From the NCBI GenBank assembly GCA_964188305.1, contig OZ076890.1: a stretch of 64,000 nucleotides of DNA. The stretch is one strand, 5' to 3'. The notes under the pieces were generated by a model, which was given only the letters and a program-made list of their open reading frames with translations, did not search any database and was not told where the DNA came from. The position numbers and the translations under genes are program-made. The DNA comes from Podarcis bocagei. Lineage: Eukaryota. Of the stretch, positions 12,040-23,850 are shown piece by piece. The number at the start of each line of letters is the position of its first letter. The stretch's first letter is position 1.

Positions 12040-12980
12040 CACAATGGAGTGGGGGTGTTGATACCAGTATTATGCACATTTCTGATTCAATGCTACAGAT
12101 GCAGATTGATGAAAACAGCAGGGGTAACATCAATTCCTATACATTGGCATGGTTCTGGTTTAAGTACCCTCCACATCCACTTTCTGACACATAAAGGTGA
12201 TGATGGGGTGGTCCTTCCATACAGTTGGGGCATTCAGTGTTCCATGTTGCAATTGAAGGGTTAGTCCCAATATTCTATATCCTTGGACCTTTGAACTAGT
12301 AAAAGTCATTGCATGCTGTTGAGTAATGACAACACAAAACTTCTACCATAACTCAGTGGGATGAAGGAAATAGTAAAATATGTTGGGTTTGTTGACCTCC
12401 ATCATCCTTAAGTCCATGAGCATACCCAGAAACTTTATTTAGCATTCTGAAGCTACCCAAAGTGGTAGCAATATTCTATGGCAATGTTGCCACTATATTC
12501 AAAACAGGTGATATTGTTCACTCATGAGTGAACAAAGCAATTCAAGGTATGCAATTGGGTGGAGGAGGACCACTGAAAGGATCAAGTGACATAATTGCAT
12601 TCAACACTCAAATCATTAGGGTCAATCTGTACAGATTATTGGCAGAGAAAGTTAGTATGACAGGCCTGCAAAATGCAATCAGTTTTCTAGAGGATTTTTT
12701 TCTTCTGAGAATTCAATCTTAGTTTCCCATCTTTGAATAGTTCTTGCAGTCTGTGCCTGGCATAACATAAGCCACTGGGTATACCTGGACATACAACAGA
12801 TGAATTTTGCCATTGTTTATTCAGATTGTTTGCCCTGCCCACCTTAACCTCATGAATGTGATGAATGGAACAGATGTATGCATGAATTGACATTTTCAAG
12901 AAGGAGGCTTTCTGTTTACCTCTGGGAGTGGATTTTCATTTGAATTTGGCTGGATTTAGCACCAAGAAATGTGTTGCCAG
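12040..12980 (+). mobile_element. Highly decayed DIRS-like RT/RNase H relic
   Basis: Broken frames give GLST...KVMM...GIQC (cf. DIRS RT PFGLSTAPRVFTKVM...GIxxFPYLDD) and weak RNase H-like pieces. Confidence 0.3.
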
Positions 12981-13640
12981 AGGAATGCTTGCAAAAAAAA
13001 AAAAAAAAAAAAAGCAGATTCCTAGGTCCTTTCAATATTGCCCATACCTGAGGGTGGATAAGCTACTTTGAAAAACTAAGTGAGGTGTGTCTTAACATTA
13101 ATATTTATTGTACATGTTATATTAAACACAATTTGAAAAGGAAGAAGAGTAAGAAACAGTAATATGTCATCACACACACACACACACGCTCCAGCAAATA
13201 TATAACATACGGTAAACCTATCCTTATCTTCATGAAAAGAATAGTGGAACTATATGATTGACACCCGTAGCCTCCTCTGAAAGTGGAAAATTCTGCTAGG
13301 TCTCTGTTCTAATTACTCCCCATACAGATAAACAACAGAACTGGTGCCTTATGAAGAGACTGTCATACACCTCTGTATGTCACAACTCTGGATGTGTCTC
13401 TTTTCATGCATGAATAGTGCCCAGTTCAGAACCTCAAGCAGAAATACAGAAGTTTTTGGAGGATGGGCAGTTCTGACTGTTACATACTTTAAACATTTTG
13501 GCACAGAGTGAAATGTGACTGAGCTATCAGAAGTTTGAGAAACATAGATCTACATTAGCATTTTATCCATAAAACATGTTCTAAAGGTAAATAGCTTTAC
13601 TGCAGTTTGATTTATTTATTTTTTTAAATCAACTGGTCTG

Positions 13641-14389
13641 TGTTGTCAGATTCTTACAAGGTAGCTTAATGATTAGCTCTTAATATCCCACAAGACTCAG
13701 TCCATGCCAACAAGTGCCTTTTCCAGACAGCGCTGGTGCCCATAGATTGCAGCAAAGTGCCGGGCAAGGTTTTGTCCGCTATCTTGTCCATGTGATGGGC
13801 TTATGGGGAAGAGCTGTCCTGTGAGCAAAGGGGAAGGGGAAGCCTATATAAGGCTGCTTCCCCTGGAACTCAGGGTCATATTGCCTCAAGAGTTTCCCGC
13901 TCACCCTCAGATTGTAGCCTTCACTGACTGAGCAATTTTGGGGCGCTGGTTGAAAGTATTTTTTTTCTTGGTTGGGGTTTGTTCCACCTTTCTCTCAGTG
14001 AAATTATGACCTTCCCTTGTTTGTATGAGGGCAGAAATGTCATTGGCCAGGATCAACATAGTATGGGGGAGGGCATACACCCCCAAGCTCAGGTTGGGGT
14101 ATCTGCCTGGTTGCAATCTGCCCCCTGGCCCCCCAGTGAGACCTTGCTTGCTCAGCTTGCACCATGGCAAGGTTCAGCCCTGGCAGACTCCCATGGAATG
14201 GGCTGAGGGCGGTCCAAACCCAGTGAACCCATTCCATCAACATGAGGTTTGTGAAATGATGAACTAATCCTGGCTCCAATGCCATGCCAAACCTTACCCT
14301 TTCTGCTACTGTCAAATAAAGCTTTGAGAGTTGCTGCCATTTATAAAATTAATACACTTCAGATCATTCACATACCAACTCCCTGATAT
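13641..14389 (+). mobile_element. Non-coding structured element, copy D (divergent)
   Basis: TATATAA at 13845, long-range complement 14038-14053 / 14267-14284, CCAATGCCATGCCAAACC motif, AATAAA at 14315; 5' boundary approximate. Confidence 0.5.
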
Positions 14390-14418
14390 TAGTAGTAGTA
14401 GTAGTAGTAGTAGTAGTA

Positions 14419-15263
14419 AGATAAACCAATCCCTGGAGACTTTAACAAAGCAGAGCTCAGAAAATACACAAAAATTAACAGAAATATCAGCAAGACTAGA
14501 TCTGAACACGGAATCTATAAACAAATTGGTCCAGGAAAATTCTGCAACACGTAAAATTGCGGAAGAAGCTAGAGCTATTGCTGGAGAGACTCAAGAGAAC
14601 TTAGAACCGATTGCCAAAAAGGTGTATGAGCATGACGCAACTCTGGCTTTGTGGGAATTACAGAGAAAAGAGAGAAATCTGAAATTGAGATTAATTCCAG
14701 AGAACGAAGGTGACAATCTCGTGGAGTTCTTAACACAAGAGTTTGCTGACTGCTGGGAAGATCTGGAGGAAGACGAATTTAAAATCACAACAGCGTTTAG
14801 ACTGGGCAAAAAACAGGACAGAAAGACCCCGAGGGATTGTTTGATTACCCTCAGATCTAAGGAAGAAAGAGACAAAATATTAAGACTGCATTTTGAAAAG
14901 GCCTTGCAAATTGGAAATTCAGCTGTACAGATCTTTAAAGACATCCCAAAATATATCTTGGATCTGAGAACCTTCTATAAGGATTTGGTTCTGCTGTTAA
15001 AGAAAAACTCCATCCTCTTTAGGTGGGAATTTCCACAGGGACTGTCTTTCAACTACAAGGGGAAGAAGGTGAAAATAAAGACTATACAAGATAAAGAGAA
15101 ATTTTTGGGAAGAAACCGAGAGGACTTACAGAAGGGAACTGTGGACCCACTTGCAGAACAGAGGAGAGCAATAGACATTTTGAATCTTTCGTTTGGACAT
15201 ATTCCACCACCATCAGAGGAAGAGCAACAACTTGGAGCTGTTGGAGGAGTGTCAGAAAAATAA
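14419..15263 (+). CDS. L1 ORF1p, 5'-truncated (coiled coil, RRM, CTD)
   Basis: Heptad-like N-terminal part, RKERNLKLRLIPE, AFRLG...TPRDCLI, VQIFKDIP, FRWEFPQGL; stop TAA at 15261-15263. Confidence 0.9.
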
Positions 15264-15267
15264 CAAG

Positions 15268-17940
15268 ATGGCTCTGCAATTCCTTAGTTGGAATTGTAAT
15301 GGGCTCAATGTGCCTTTGAGGAGACGACAAGTTTTTCACATTCTGAACAGAGAACAACTGGATTTGATATGCCTACAAGAAACCCATATAACCAGAGCTC
15401 ACAGGAGATTACTTATAAACAAAAGACTAGGACAAGAATTTATCTCATCAGACAAAGTTAAAAAAAGAGGAGTTGTGATATATGTAAAAGAGAAATGGGC
15501 TCCAAAAATGATGTTTAAAGATGAACAAGGGAGATATTTGGCAGTAGAGATACAAGTACAAGGAGAAAAATTTCTGATAGTTGGAATTTATGCACCAAAT
15601 GAAGGTAAAGCTGAATTCTTCAAGAAACTTCATGAAACCTTGACGGACTATCTGGATTATAATATGATAATTATGGGAGACATGAACGGTGTGGTCTCCA
15701 CTAACATGGACAAGGCACAAAGACTAACAGCTACCAAGGAAGGGAGACTTCCTAAGACTTTTTTTGAAATGACGGAAAATATGGACTTAATAGACATATG
15801 GAGAACAAGGAACCCTCTGGAGAGAGAGGGAACCTTTTTCTCCCAAGCAATGACGACCTGGACCAGAATCGATCAAATCTGGATTACTAGTGGGATGGCT
15901 CCAAAGATTAAGAAGGTAGAAATCTGCCCAAAAACTTGCTCCGACCACAACGCTGTGAAGATGGAAATGAAACTTACAACAACTGGTCAATTTAGATGGA
16001 GAATGAATGACACCCTCTTCCGAGACAAGGAGATCCTTATGAAGACCCAAAAAACTTTAAAAGACTACTTTGAAATAAATTTGAGGGCTGATGTGGAAAA
16101 AAGAGTGATCTGGGACGCAAGCAAAGCTGTGATGCGAGGTTTTCTGATTCAACAAAACTCAATAAAGAGGAAAAAACAAAATGAGAAAAAGGAAAAGATT
16201 TTGGAAAAGATAAAGGAAGGAGAGAAAAAATTAAGAGTAAAACCAAAGTCCCAGGAGATTTTAAGAGAGATTAAGTTATACCAAGCACAATATATGGAAT
16301 TGATGAACCAAGAGATTGAATGGAAGATAAAGCAAATGAAACAAAAGACATTTGAATCGGCAAATAAATGTGGTAAACTTCTGGCATGGCAATTGAAGAA
16401 AAGGCAGAAATTAAATACAGTTACAAGCCTAGAGGTGGTTGGAAAGAACATATCTAAACCTAATGAAATTAGAAATTGCTTTTTGAGTTATTTTAAAAAA
16501 CTTTATACTCAAGGACCGCAAAACGAAGAAGATATAGACAAATTCCTTGACAAATATGGATTACAAAAAATCTCTCATCAAAGTAAGATGGATCTGAATC
16601 AGAGAATAACAGAACAAGAGATAGAGGCTGCCATTCAGAATATGCAATTGGGCAAATCTCCAGGACCAGATGGACTGACTTCCAGATACTACAAATCTTT
16701 GAAGGAGTGGTTGATTCAACCATTAAAAGGAGTCTGTAATGAGATCCTAGAGGGAAAAAAGGCACCTGAATCGTGGAAAGAAGCGTATATTTCACTCATA
16801 CCAAAGACAGAGACTGAAAAGACTCAACTGAAGAACTACCGCCCAATATCATTACTTAATGTGGATTACAAAATTTTTGCAGACATTTTGGCAAAAAGAT
16901 TTAAAAAAGTGTTGATGGAAAAGATTCATAAGAACCAAGCAGGCTTTCTCCCAAAAAGACACCTAGCAGACAATGTAAGGAATATAATAGACATTTTGGA
17001 AAAGTTAGAGGTGAATATAAATACTAAAGCAGTACTGATTTTTGTGGACGCGGAGAAAGCCTTTGACAATATATCTTGGAGTTTTATGATAAAGAACCTT
17101 CATGGGATGGGGGTAGGCCAAGCTTTTGAGAATGGTATGGGTGCAATATATTCTGAACAAAAAGCTAAGTTGATTGTAAACAATGTAATAACTGAGGAAC
17201 TTAAGATAGAAAAAGGAACACGACAGGGGTGCCCAATTTCCCCATTGCTCTTTATTTCAGTTCTGGAGGTGTTGCTGAACATGATTAGAAATGACCAGCA
17301 GGTCAAGGGTGTACAGGTCGGAGCTAAACATTACAAGCTAAGAGCATTTGCAGATGACCTAGTATTGTCTTTGCAAGAGCCAAACACTAGTACGAAAAAG
17401 GTGCTAGAAATAATCCAACAGTTTGGCCAGGTAGCCGGATTTAAGTTGAATAAACAAAAAACTAAAGTCTTAGGAAAAAATTTAACAGATATGGAGAAGG
17501 AGAAATTCCAAGAGGAGACAGGGTTGACGGTGGTCAAGAAGGTGAAATACCTAGGGGTTTATTTGACATCTAAAAATTTGAATTTGTATAAGGATAACTA
17601 TGAAAAATGTTGGTCAGAAATTAAAAAAGATCTAGAAATATGGTCAAATTTGAAACTGTCAATGTTAGGCCGAATTGCAGTGATTAAGATGAATGTATTG
17701 CCTAGAATGTTATTCTTGTTTCAAACCTTGCAGATTCTTGACAAGATGGAATGTTTTAAGAGGTGGCAGAAAGATATCTCGAAATTTGTCTGGCAGGGCA
17801 AAAAGCCCAGAATCAAATTTAAAATATTGACAGATGCTAAGGAAAGAGGGGGTTTTGCCCTGCCGGACTTAAAATTGTACTATGAGGCAGCAGCGTTTTG
17901 CTGGCTGAAAGAGTGGATGCTCTGGAAGAATGGCAGATGA
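15268..17940 (+). CDS. L1 ORF2p (APE endonuclease plus reverse transcriptase), C-terminal domain deleted
   Basis: MALQFLSWNCNGL, CLQETH, IYAPN, MGDMN, TRIDQIW, SDHN (EN); KSPGPDG, NYRPISLLNVDYK, DAEKAFD, GTRQGCPISP, FADD, KYLG (RT); open reading frame throughout. Confidence 0.97.
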   Translation: MALQFLSWNCNGLNVPLRRRQVFHILNREQLDLICLQETHITRAHRRLLINKRLGQEFISSDKVKKRGVVIYVKEKWAPKMMFKDEQGRYLAVEIQVQGEKFLIVGIYAPNEGKAEFFKKLHETLTDYLDYNMIIMGDMNGVVSTNMDKAQRLTATKEGRLPKTFFEMTENMDLIDIWRTRNPLEREGTFFSQAMTTWTRIDQIWITSGMAPKIKKVEICPKTCSDHNAVKMEMKLTTTGQFRWRMNDTLFRDKEILMKTQKTLKDYFEINLRADVEKRVIWDASKAVMRGFLIQQNSIKRKKQNEKKEKILEKIKEGEKKLRVKPKSQEILREIKLYQAQYMELMNQEIEWKIKQMKQKTFESANKCGKLLAWQLKKRQKLNTVTSLEVVGKNISKPNEIRNCFLSYFKKLYTQGPQNEEDIDKFLDKYGLQKISHQSKMDLNQRITEQEIEAAIQNMQLGKSPGPDGLTSRYYKSLKEWLIQPLKGVCNEILEGKKAPESWKEAYISLIPKTETEKTQLKNYRPISLLNVDYKIFADILAKRFKKVLMEKIHKNQAGFLPKRHLADNVRNIIDILEKLEVNINTKAVLIFVDAEKAFDNISWSFMIKNLHGMGVGQAFENGMGAIYSEQKAKLIVNNVITEELKIEKGTRQGCPISPLLFISVLEVLLNMIRNDQQVKGVQVGAKHYKLRAFADDLVLSLQEPNTSTKKVLEIIQQFGQVAGFKLNKQKTKVLGKNLTDMEKEKFQEETGLTVVKKVKYLGVYLTSKNLNLYKDNYEKCWSEIKKDLEIWSNLKLSMLGRIAVIKMNVLPRMLFLFQTLQILDKMECFKRWQKDISKFVWQGKKPRIKFKILTDAKERGGFALPDLKLYYEAAAFCWLKEWMLWKNGR

Positions 17941-20900
17941 AGGTGATGGACTATATGACATTGGCTGAGATGACAGGCAGAATCCGTGATCAGGGAACAG
18001 AGACGGCGGAAGAAGAATGGAGAAAATTTAAAAGCTATCTTAAGGACTATTATAAACTTGAGGAATGCTAGAATGTTGAGGTTTTCAGGAAAAAAGGGAT
18101 ACAGTGATATAAGACCAGATTATAGAAAAGATTAAGACGACAGAGGTTGGAAAGAAATATTTAGAAGTTGCTAAAAAATTATGGACATTGGGATGCAGAA
18201 AGAGGGGGTATGGGGGAGTCCCGGAAAAGAGGTTTATGAAAAAAATGTTATGAAACTATACGTGTTTGTATGTCTTTTTAGGTGTTTGTTTGTCTTAAAA
18301 AAATTCTGTAAAACCAATAAAAATTTTATATATATAAAAAAGTAGTAGTAGTAGTAGAGTCTTTTAAATGTCTCTTTGCAGCGTTTACTTAAAACAGACA
18401 AAAGTGCCTTCCTGTACATTTACAATCTTAAGAGCATGATTCAGCCAAAGTGAAGCATTCATATTAAGTTCTGTTGATCTCCATGACAGCATTACACATG
18501 GAACTGAAAATAGTGAGAGTCAAAAGTGCTGCACAAAGGCTTCAACCCTGAAGTCCCATACCAGAGATTAAGGTCCTTTGTACAAAATGGAACTTACTTC
18601 TAAGTAAACTCGCACAGGACTGTGCTAGATCATGACCCACAAGACAAGAGAGAGAAGGGTGGAAAGGACAGAAAGGGAGATGAAACACTATGTACTGGGA
18701 TAAATATTTCATAAGTCATATAAGCAATTATTAGAACAACATATTTTCTTCCTCATTACTGCTAAGACAAAGACAGGCAGAAAAATATTTAAATGAAAAT
18801 GAAATCAGCAGGGCTGCTGTTACTGCTGGGTTACAGAAGCAAAAACAAAACAAAAATCCTCATCTTTGCCTAAAGCGTAACCAATTTGGCAACAGAATTG
18901 TTTTCAGTTCGGTACAATGTTTATTTAATGTTGTTTTTTTTTAAAAAAAATAGCTTTGCATTTGTACTAAAAAATACAAACCAGTCTTATATCTTTGAAA
19001 ACAAACCAATGCAAACTTGAGTTGTGCATCGGGAATGTGTTGAAGTGAAAGCAGATTTGTTTTAATGCTAGGAATTAATTAATTGCATTTCTTACCACCT
19101 ATAGAGGAGAAGTGCACTTTATGGTGAATTTTCTGGCTGATAAATGAATATGCAGTTCTAATTTTGTCCTCGGGAAAGATTCCCAGATATAATCCTTTTA
19201 GCCAGGGGAACATTTGCTTTTCTATCTAGGAACAACAGTGAAATTATTTTCCTTCCACTTCATGGCCCTCAAATGTCCTTCATGCTATTAAGATTGCAGA
19301 GCAGTTACAAATATTATTGAGGCTAATGGCAAACAATTTCCCCCATACATGGAATAGCAGCTATTAATATAGGCCCAATTATATTTTATAATAAATAGAA
19401 AAATGTATTTTGGTATTACAAGACAATAACTGTGATTTTTCCACCCTGTTATGGTTGAAAAGAGTTCATGTGCCATGCAGAATAACAGAACACTGAATGT
19501 GAACTAGAGTGACCTGGATTTAAAGTCATCTCTGCCGTGCAATTCTCTGATGGACGTTGGAGCCGTCATTCTTTCAATAACCCTGTGAGGTGGTTTAGGC
19601 AAAGATAAAATGCAGTGATACCTATCTAATGCATACCTGAGCTTCATGAAGGCAAATGTGAAGCAGAAATGTGGTATAAAATAGAATATGAATATTGCTG
19701 CAGTTCATTTTTGACATGTTACTCAGAAAATAAATTTGATTGAATTCTACTAGATAATTGATTGACATAATTCAATCATGTTGGAAATGCTGTGATGCTT
19801 CCTGTATTTCCTCATGAGATTTCCAAAAAGAAACTGCATTATGGATATGAAAAGCATTCCTTAATATTCAACATTATTTAGGGAAGAGAAAGGTCACAGT
19901 GATATTGAAATTGTGGGTGAAGGAAGTGACAGAGCATTGCATACAGACCGTCCACCCCCCCCCCCATTCAACACCGAGAAACACATATTCTGACATCTAT
20001 GACTACAGCAGCAGTAGCCAATGTGGTCCCCTCCCGATTCTGTTGGACTCTAACTCTAACCCTCAACCATTAGCTATACTGGCTGGGGCTGAATGGATCT
20101 GAAGTCCAACAACATCTGGAGAGCCATGCTGACAGCCCTAAATTAGAGTTTGGCTGTGGGTGCATCTGTGACGAAGAGTAAAATTTATTCTGTACCATTG
20201 TAGAAATTTAACAGCTATTTGCAGAGATGCTCAATAGATGTTTCAGGCTGAATCATGTACAGCATTTAACTTCTCAGTACCAATGCTGTAGAATGCAGAA
20301 AATACGGGAATTACATCAAATTACTGTATCCTCCTTTTAACAGTCTTCTTGGCTTTCAGATCCATAAACATGATGCTATAACACCATTGGCAAACATGCA
20401 GTCACTAATCTTGGTAGCAGCTTCTGGTGCAATGCCAAAATAACAACATATGCAAGCAACCACCTGTACCATTCTAAGATCCCTTCCATTTGTATTCATT
20501 AAGCTATTCTAGGTAAGAGAAATATAGTGTTTGGGGAGGCAAATTTTGGACTTTTTCCTGTCCTTGAACAAAAAGTTGAGTTCCCCTAAAAAAAGGGGGG
20601 TGCATAGTATTTTATGCTGGGAATGATGACAGGAGCCCACCACCAAGGTGTTCGGTCTGGCTGGCCAACGCCATATCTGAATGAACAGAAGATGGCAGTA
20701 TCTGCCTACGGAAAAGGATCCTGTTCATCTTTAATGCTCTTTTTTTTTTTTTTTTTTTTTTGCTGAGTAGCCATAGAATTTTCTGCCCTTTTCAGGTTTT
20801 TAATAGCATTTTATTGCAAAAGTCTGAGTGTCAAGGAATGTCCTTTACGGAGTCATTAATGTGAAAACTGCTTTGCAGCAGACAGTAGAAATTTCAGTTT

Positions 20901-21654
20901 TACTGCCTCTGCTTTTTTTTGCTTCCTTTTTTCTTCAGCACTACATTTGTTTTGAAACTTTTAGTCCTCTTTTCCTTCTGCATGATTGATCTTTGCTTAT
21001 TATTGGGAACTTGCTTCTTTCATTTAGTAGACAGGAGCCCAGTTCCTGACAACATCTTCTATTCGTACACAATCCAGATTTCCGGGCTTCAGACTTTAAA
21101 AACCATGAAACCATGTTAATTATCTTTTATTTAGACAGCTTTATCCTAATTTAAACCTCAATTGGAAAAAGCAGCTCTACTAGTGATAGTACACTTTCGA
21201 AGCCCTGACTCTCATTTCAGTTTTGTTTGCTACAGGGGATCTAAATTAGCTCTTCACTGGTCATATTCAGACTCAGGGAAGCTGGGTGATGCCTTCTCCT
21301 GCAGTATTGTGTGTGACTCAATTGCTAGAATCTGAATTTCATTTTATACAAAACCTGTGTCTTATCCCACAGACTTGTCCTTCTGCTGGCTCAGAAAGGC
21401 TATTCCTTTGGCTTCTTGATACCTGTTCCTGTAGTACGTTTGGCAGACATTATTTATCAACTGACAGACATTATTTATAATTGTATTAAGATTATTGAAT
21501 TTAGCTTCCATTCTTCAACACAAAGGTTCCCAAGGCAGTACATGGCAAAATATAAAATATATAATGCAAAGACCATAAAAGTGGAGATATAACACAGATA
21601 TTAAAGAACAGCAGCATTAAAATAATAAAAAACAGAAATGAAAAAAATGAGGAC

Positions 21655-22467
21655 TCAGGCTGCTATGAACCAGTCAGCATGACATTGATACTAGGAAAGG
21701 TCCTAGGACAGATTAAACAGTTGGTCTGTGAGAACTTAGAAAAGGATGTTGTGTTGTGTTTCTCAAAAACAAGGATTCTACGATTCTAAATCATGCCAGA
21801 CTAATCTTATTTCTTTTCTTGATAGACTTACAAGCTTGATGAATCAGGAGAATGTTGTTGATGTACTGTATCTTGATTTCACCATGGCTTTTGAGAAAGC
21901 CCCCCATGAAATTCTTGTGGAGAAGCTAGTAAAATGTGGGCTAGATGAGGTTACTATTAGGTGAATTTGTAACTCCTTGACTGCCTGAACCCAAAGAGTG
22001 CTCATCAATGGTTCCTCGTCACCTTGGGAAAAAGTGACAAGCAGAGTGCTATAGGGTTTTGTCCTGGTCCCGGTATTGTGAAACATCTTTCTAAATTAAT
22101 CAAATGAAGGAATGCTCATGAAATTTTCAGATGACACGAGACTGGGAGGGGTAGCCAATACTTCAGGAGACAGAATTCAATATGATTTTAGCAATTTGGA
22201 GAATGGCCCAAACTAGTAAAATGAATTTTAATAGGGACAAATGTAAGGTTCTACACTTAGGCAGGAATAGCCAGCAGCACAAACATAAGGGTGGGGTGGG
22301 CACCTGACTCAGGAGATGGTGGACTCTCCTTCCTTGGAGGTTTTTAAGCAGAGGTTGGAAGGCCATCTGTCCTGGATGCTTTAGCTGAGATTCCTGCATT
22401 GCAGGGGGTTGGACTAGATGACCCTCAGGGTCCCTTCCAAATCCACAACTCTATGATTCTGATTCTA
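21655..22467 (+). mobile_element. CR1 LINE fragment (RT remnant plus 3' tail) with internal deletions
   Basis: KSCQTNLISFLDRLTSLM...VDVLYLDF.MAF; ends gggtcccttccaa...ctatgattct. Confidence 0.9.
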
Positions 22468-23033
22468 GGTGGTCTTCCACACAAATGGTTAGACAATACT
22501 TCAGGTCTACTGTGGAAGCCCTCTGCAGAATCTCACTAATCTTATGAAAACTCTTTGGAATAACTAACCATTTTTGTGTGAAATGCTGAAGGGATCTTTC
22601 CTGCCACTTCTCAAGCTTAATATGGATGTGAGACTGCAGGAGATCTGGAATGGATGAACTGCCTGCAAATGCCGATGATAACCCAGAAGTATATTTACTT
22701 TGCAGAGTATCCTGCTGATTCAATAGACTTGATCATTGATCAAGCAGCATTTACAGTCTCCCAAGGGCTTAGGCAAGAAATAGCTGGACTAACAACCTGT
22801 AACTTAGCACACCTCAGCTTTGCTTTGGATGGGAGGGGAATTTGAGATTGTGATTTCCATTTGTGGGGTTGGTTGTTTTTTTTTTTTTAAAGTAGCAATA
22901 AGGGCTTCAAATTGTAATAGATCTATGGTGCTGAATGTTTAGGTTTAGTAAATATTAGGATTTAATTAAAACTTGTATGTTATAACTGGGATATGTTATA
23001 AGACAGTCTCAAATGTGTATTAGAAGGGGGTAA

Positions 23034-23850
23034 TGTAACAGGTTTGAGGTGTTTTATTGGTGTTTATATGTACAGACTGTGTGACAGACCTTGAGAATGT
23101 AATCAAGATCCATGTGTATTGGAACTGTGAACCTATTTTTGAGCACCAGCGATTAACATGTGAAGACTTAATTAACCTAGGTAAAAGCCCTAAGTGTGTA
23201 CCAGCCTTTTATCCTAGTCAAGCAACAAGTGTTGATGAAATGTGGTATACTCCATTGTTAGGTGACAGGGGTGGGAGATAAGCCATTAGTACTTCAAAGC
23301 ATCAAAAGAACTGGATATTAGCATGCAAATGAACAAAAGAGACTTGGTTGTTAGGAACAGGAGAATTAGGAGGGATGGTGCCAGAAAATGGAGAAAGAGC
23401 CATTTTTGGCAGCCTAACTGAAGAGAGAAGGGACGCGGGTGGCACTGTGGGTAAAAGCCTCAGCGCCTAGGACTTGTCGATCGAAAGGTCGGCGGTTCGA
23501 ATCCCTGCGGTGGGGTGCGCTCCCGTTGCTCGGTCCCAGCGCCTGCCAACCTAGCAGCTAGAAAGCACCCCCGGGTGCAAGTAGATAAATAGGGACCGCT
23601 TACTGGCGGGAAGGTAAACGGCGTTTCCGTGTGCTGCTCTGGTGCTGGTTCACCAGAGCAGCTTCATCACGCTGGCCACGTGACCCGGAAGTGTCTGCGG
23701 ACAGCGCTGGCCCCCGGCCTCTAGAGTGAGATGATCGCACAACCCTAGAGTCGGACACGACTGGCCCGTATGGGCAGGGGTACCTTTACCTTTACCTTTA
23801 ACTGAAGAGAGGGTGGGAGAGATGGGTTGGACTCGAGGGCTGCACTGCTA
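23034..23850 (+). mobile_element. Possible Gypsy 3' LTR remnant, interrupted by a Sauria SINE
   Basis: Polypurine tract agaagggggtaa directly before TGTAACA at 23034; 3' end undefined. Confidence 0.35.
23430..23798 (+). mobile_element. Sauria SINE, full length and young
   Basis: gggacgcgggtggcactgtgg head, B box ggttcgaatcc, caagtagataaatagg core, (ACCTTT)n tail, TSD taactgaagagag (23415-23427 / 23799-23811). Confidence 0.95.

Larger units (their letters stand above)
14419..18340 (+). mobile_element. Young L1, 5'-truncated in ORF1, with internal deletion in the 3' part of ORF2
   Basis: ORF1 and ORF2 in tandem with a 4-nt spacer, AATAAA plus A-rich tail, (AGT)n on both sides (14391-14418 and 18341-18357) acting as TSD. 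Confidence 0.97.

Noticed and set aside
14331-14418. N-terminal extension of the 310-aa ORF with poly-Ser
   Set aside because: Read-through from flank and the (AGT)n microsatellite; not part of ORF1
15193-15267. ORF2 start given by the ORF track
   Set aside because: Overlaps the ORF1 end; the likely start is ATG 15268 (MALQFLSWN)
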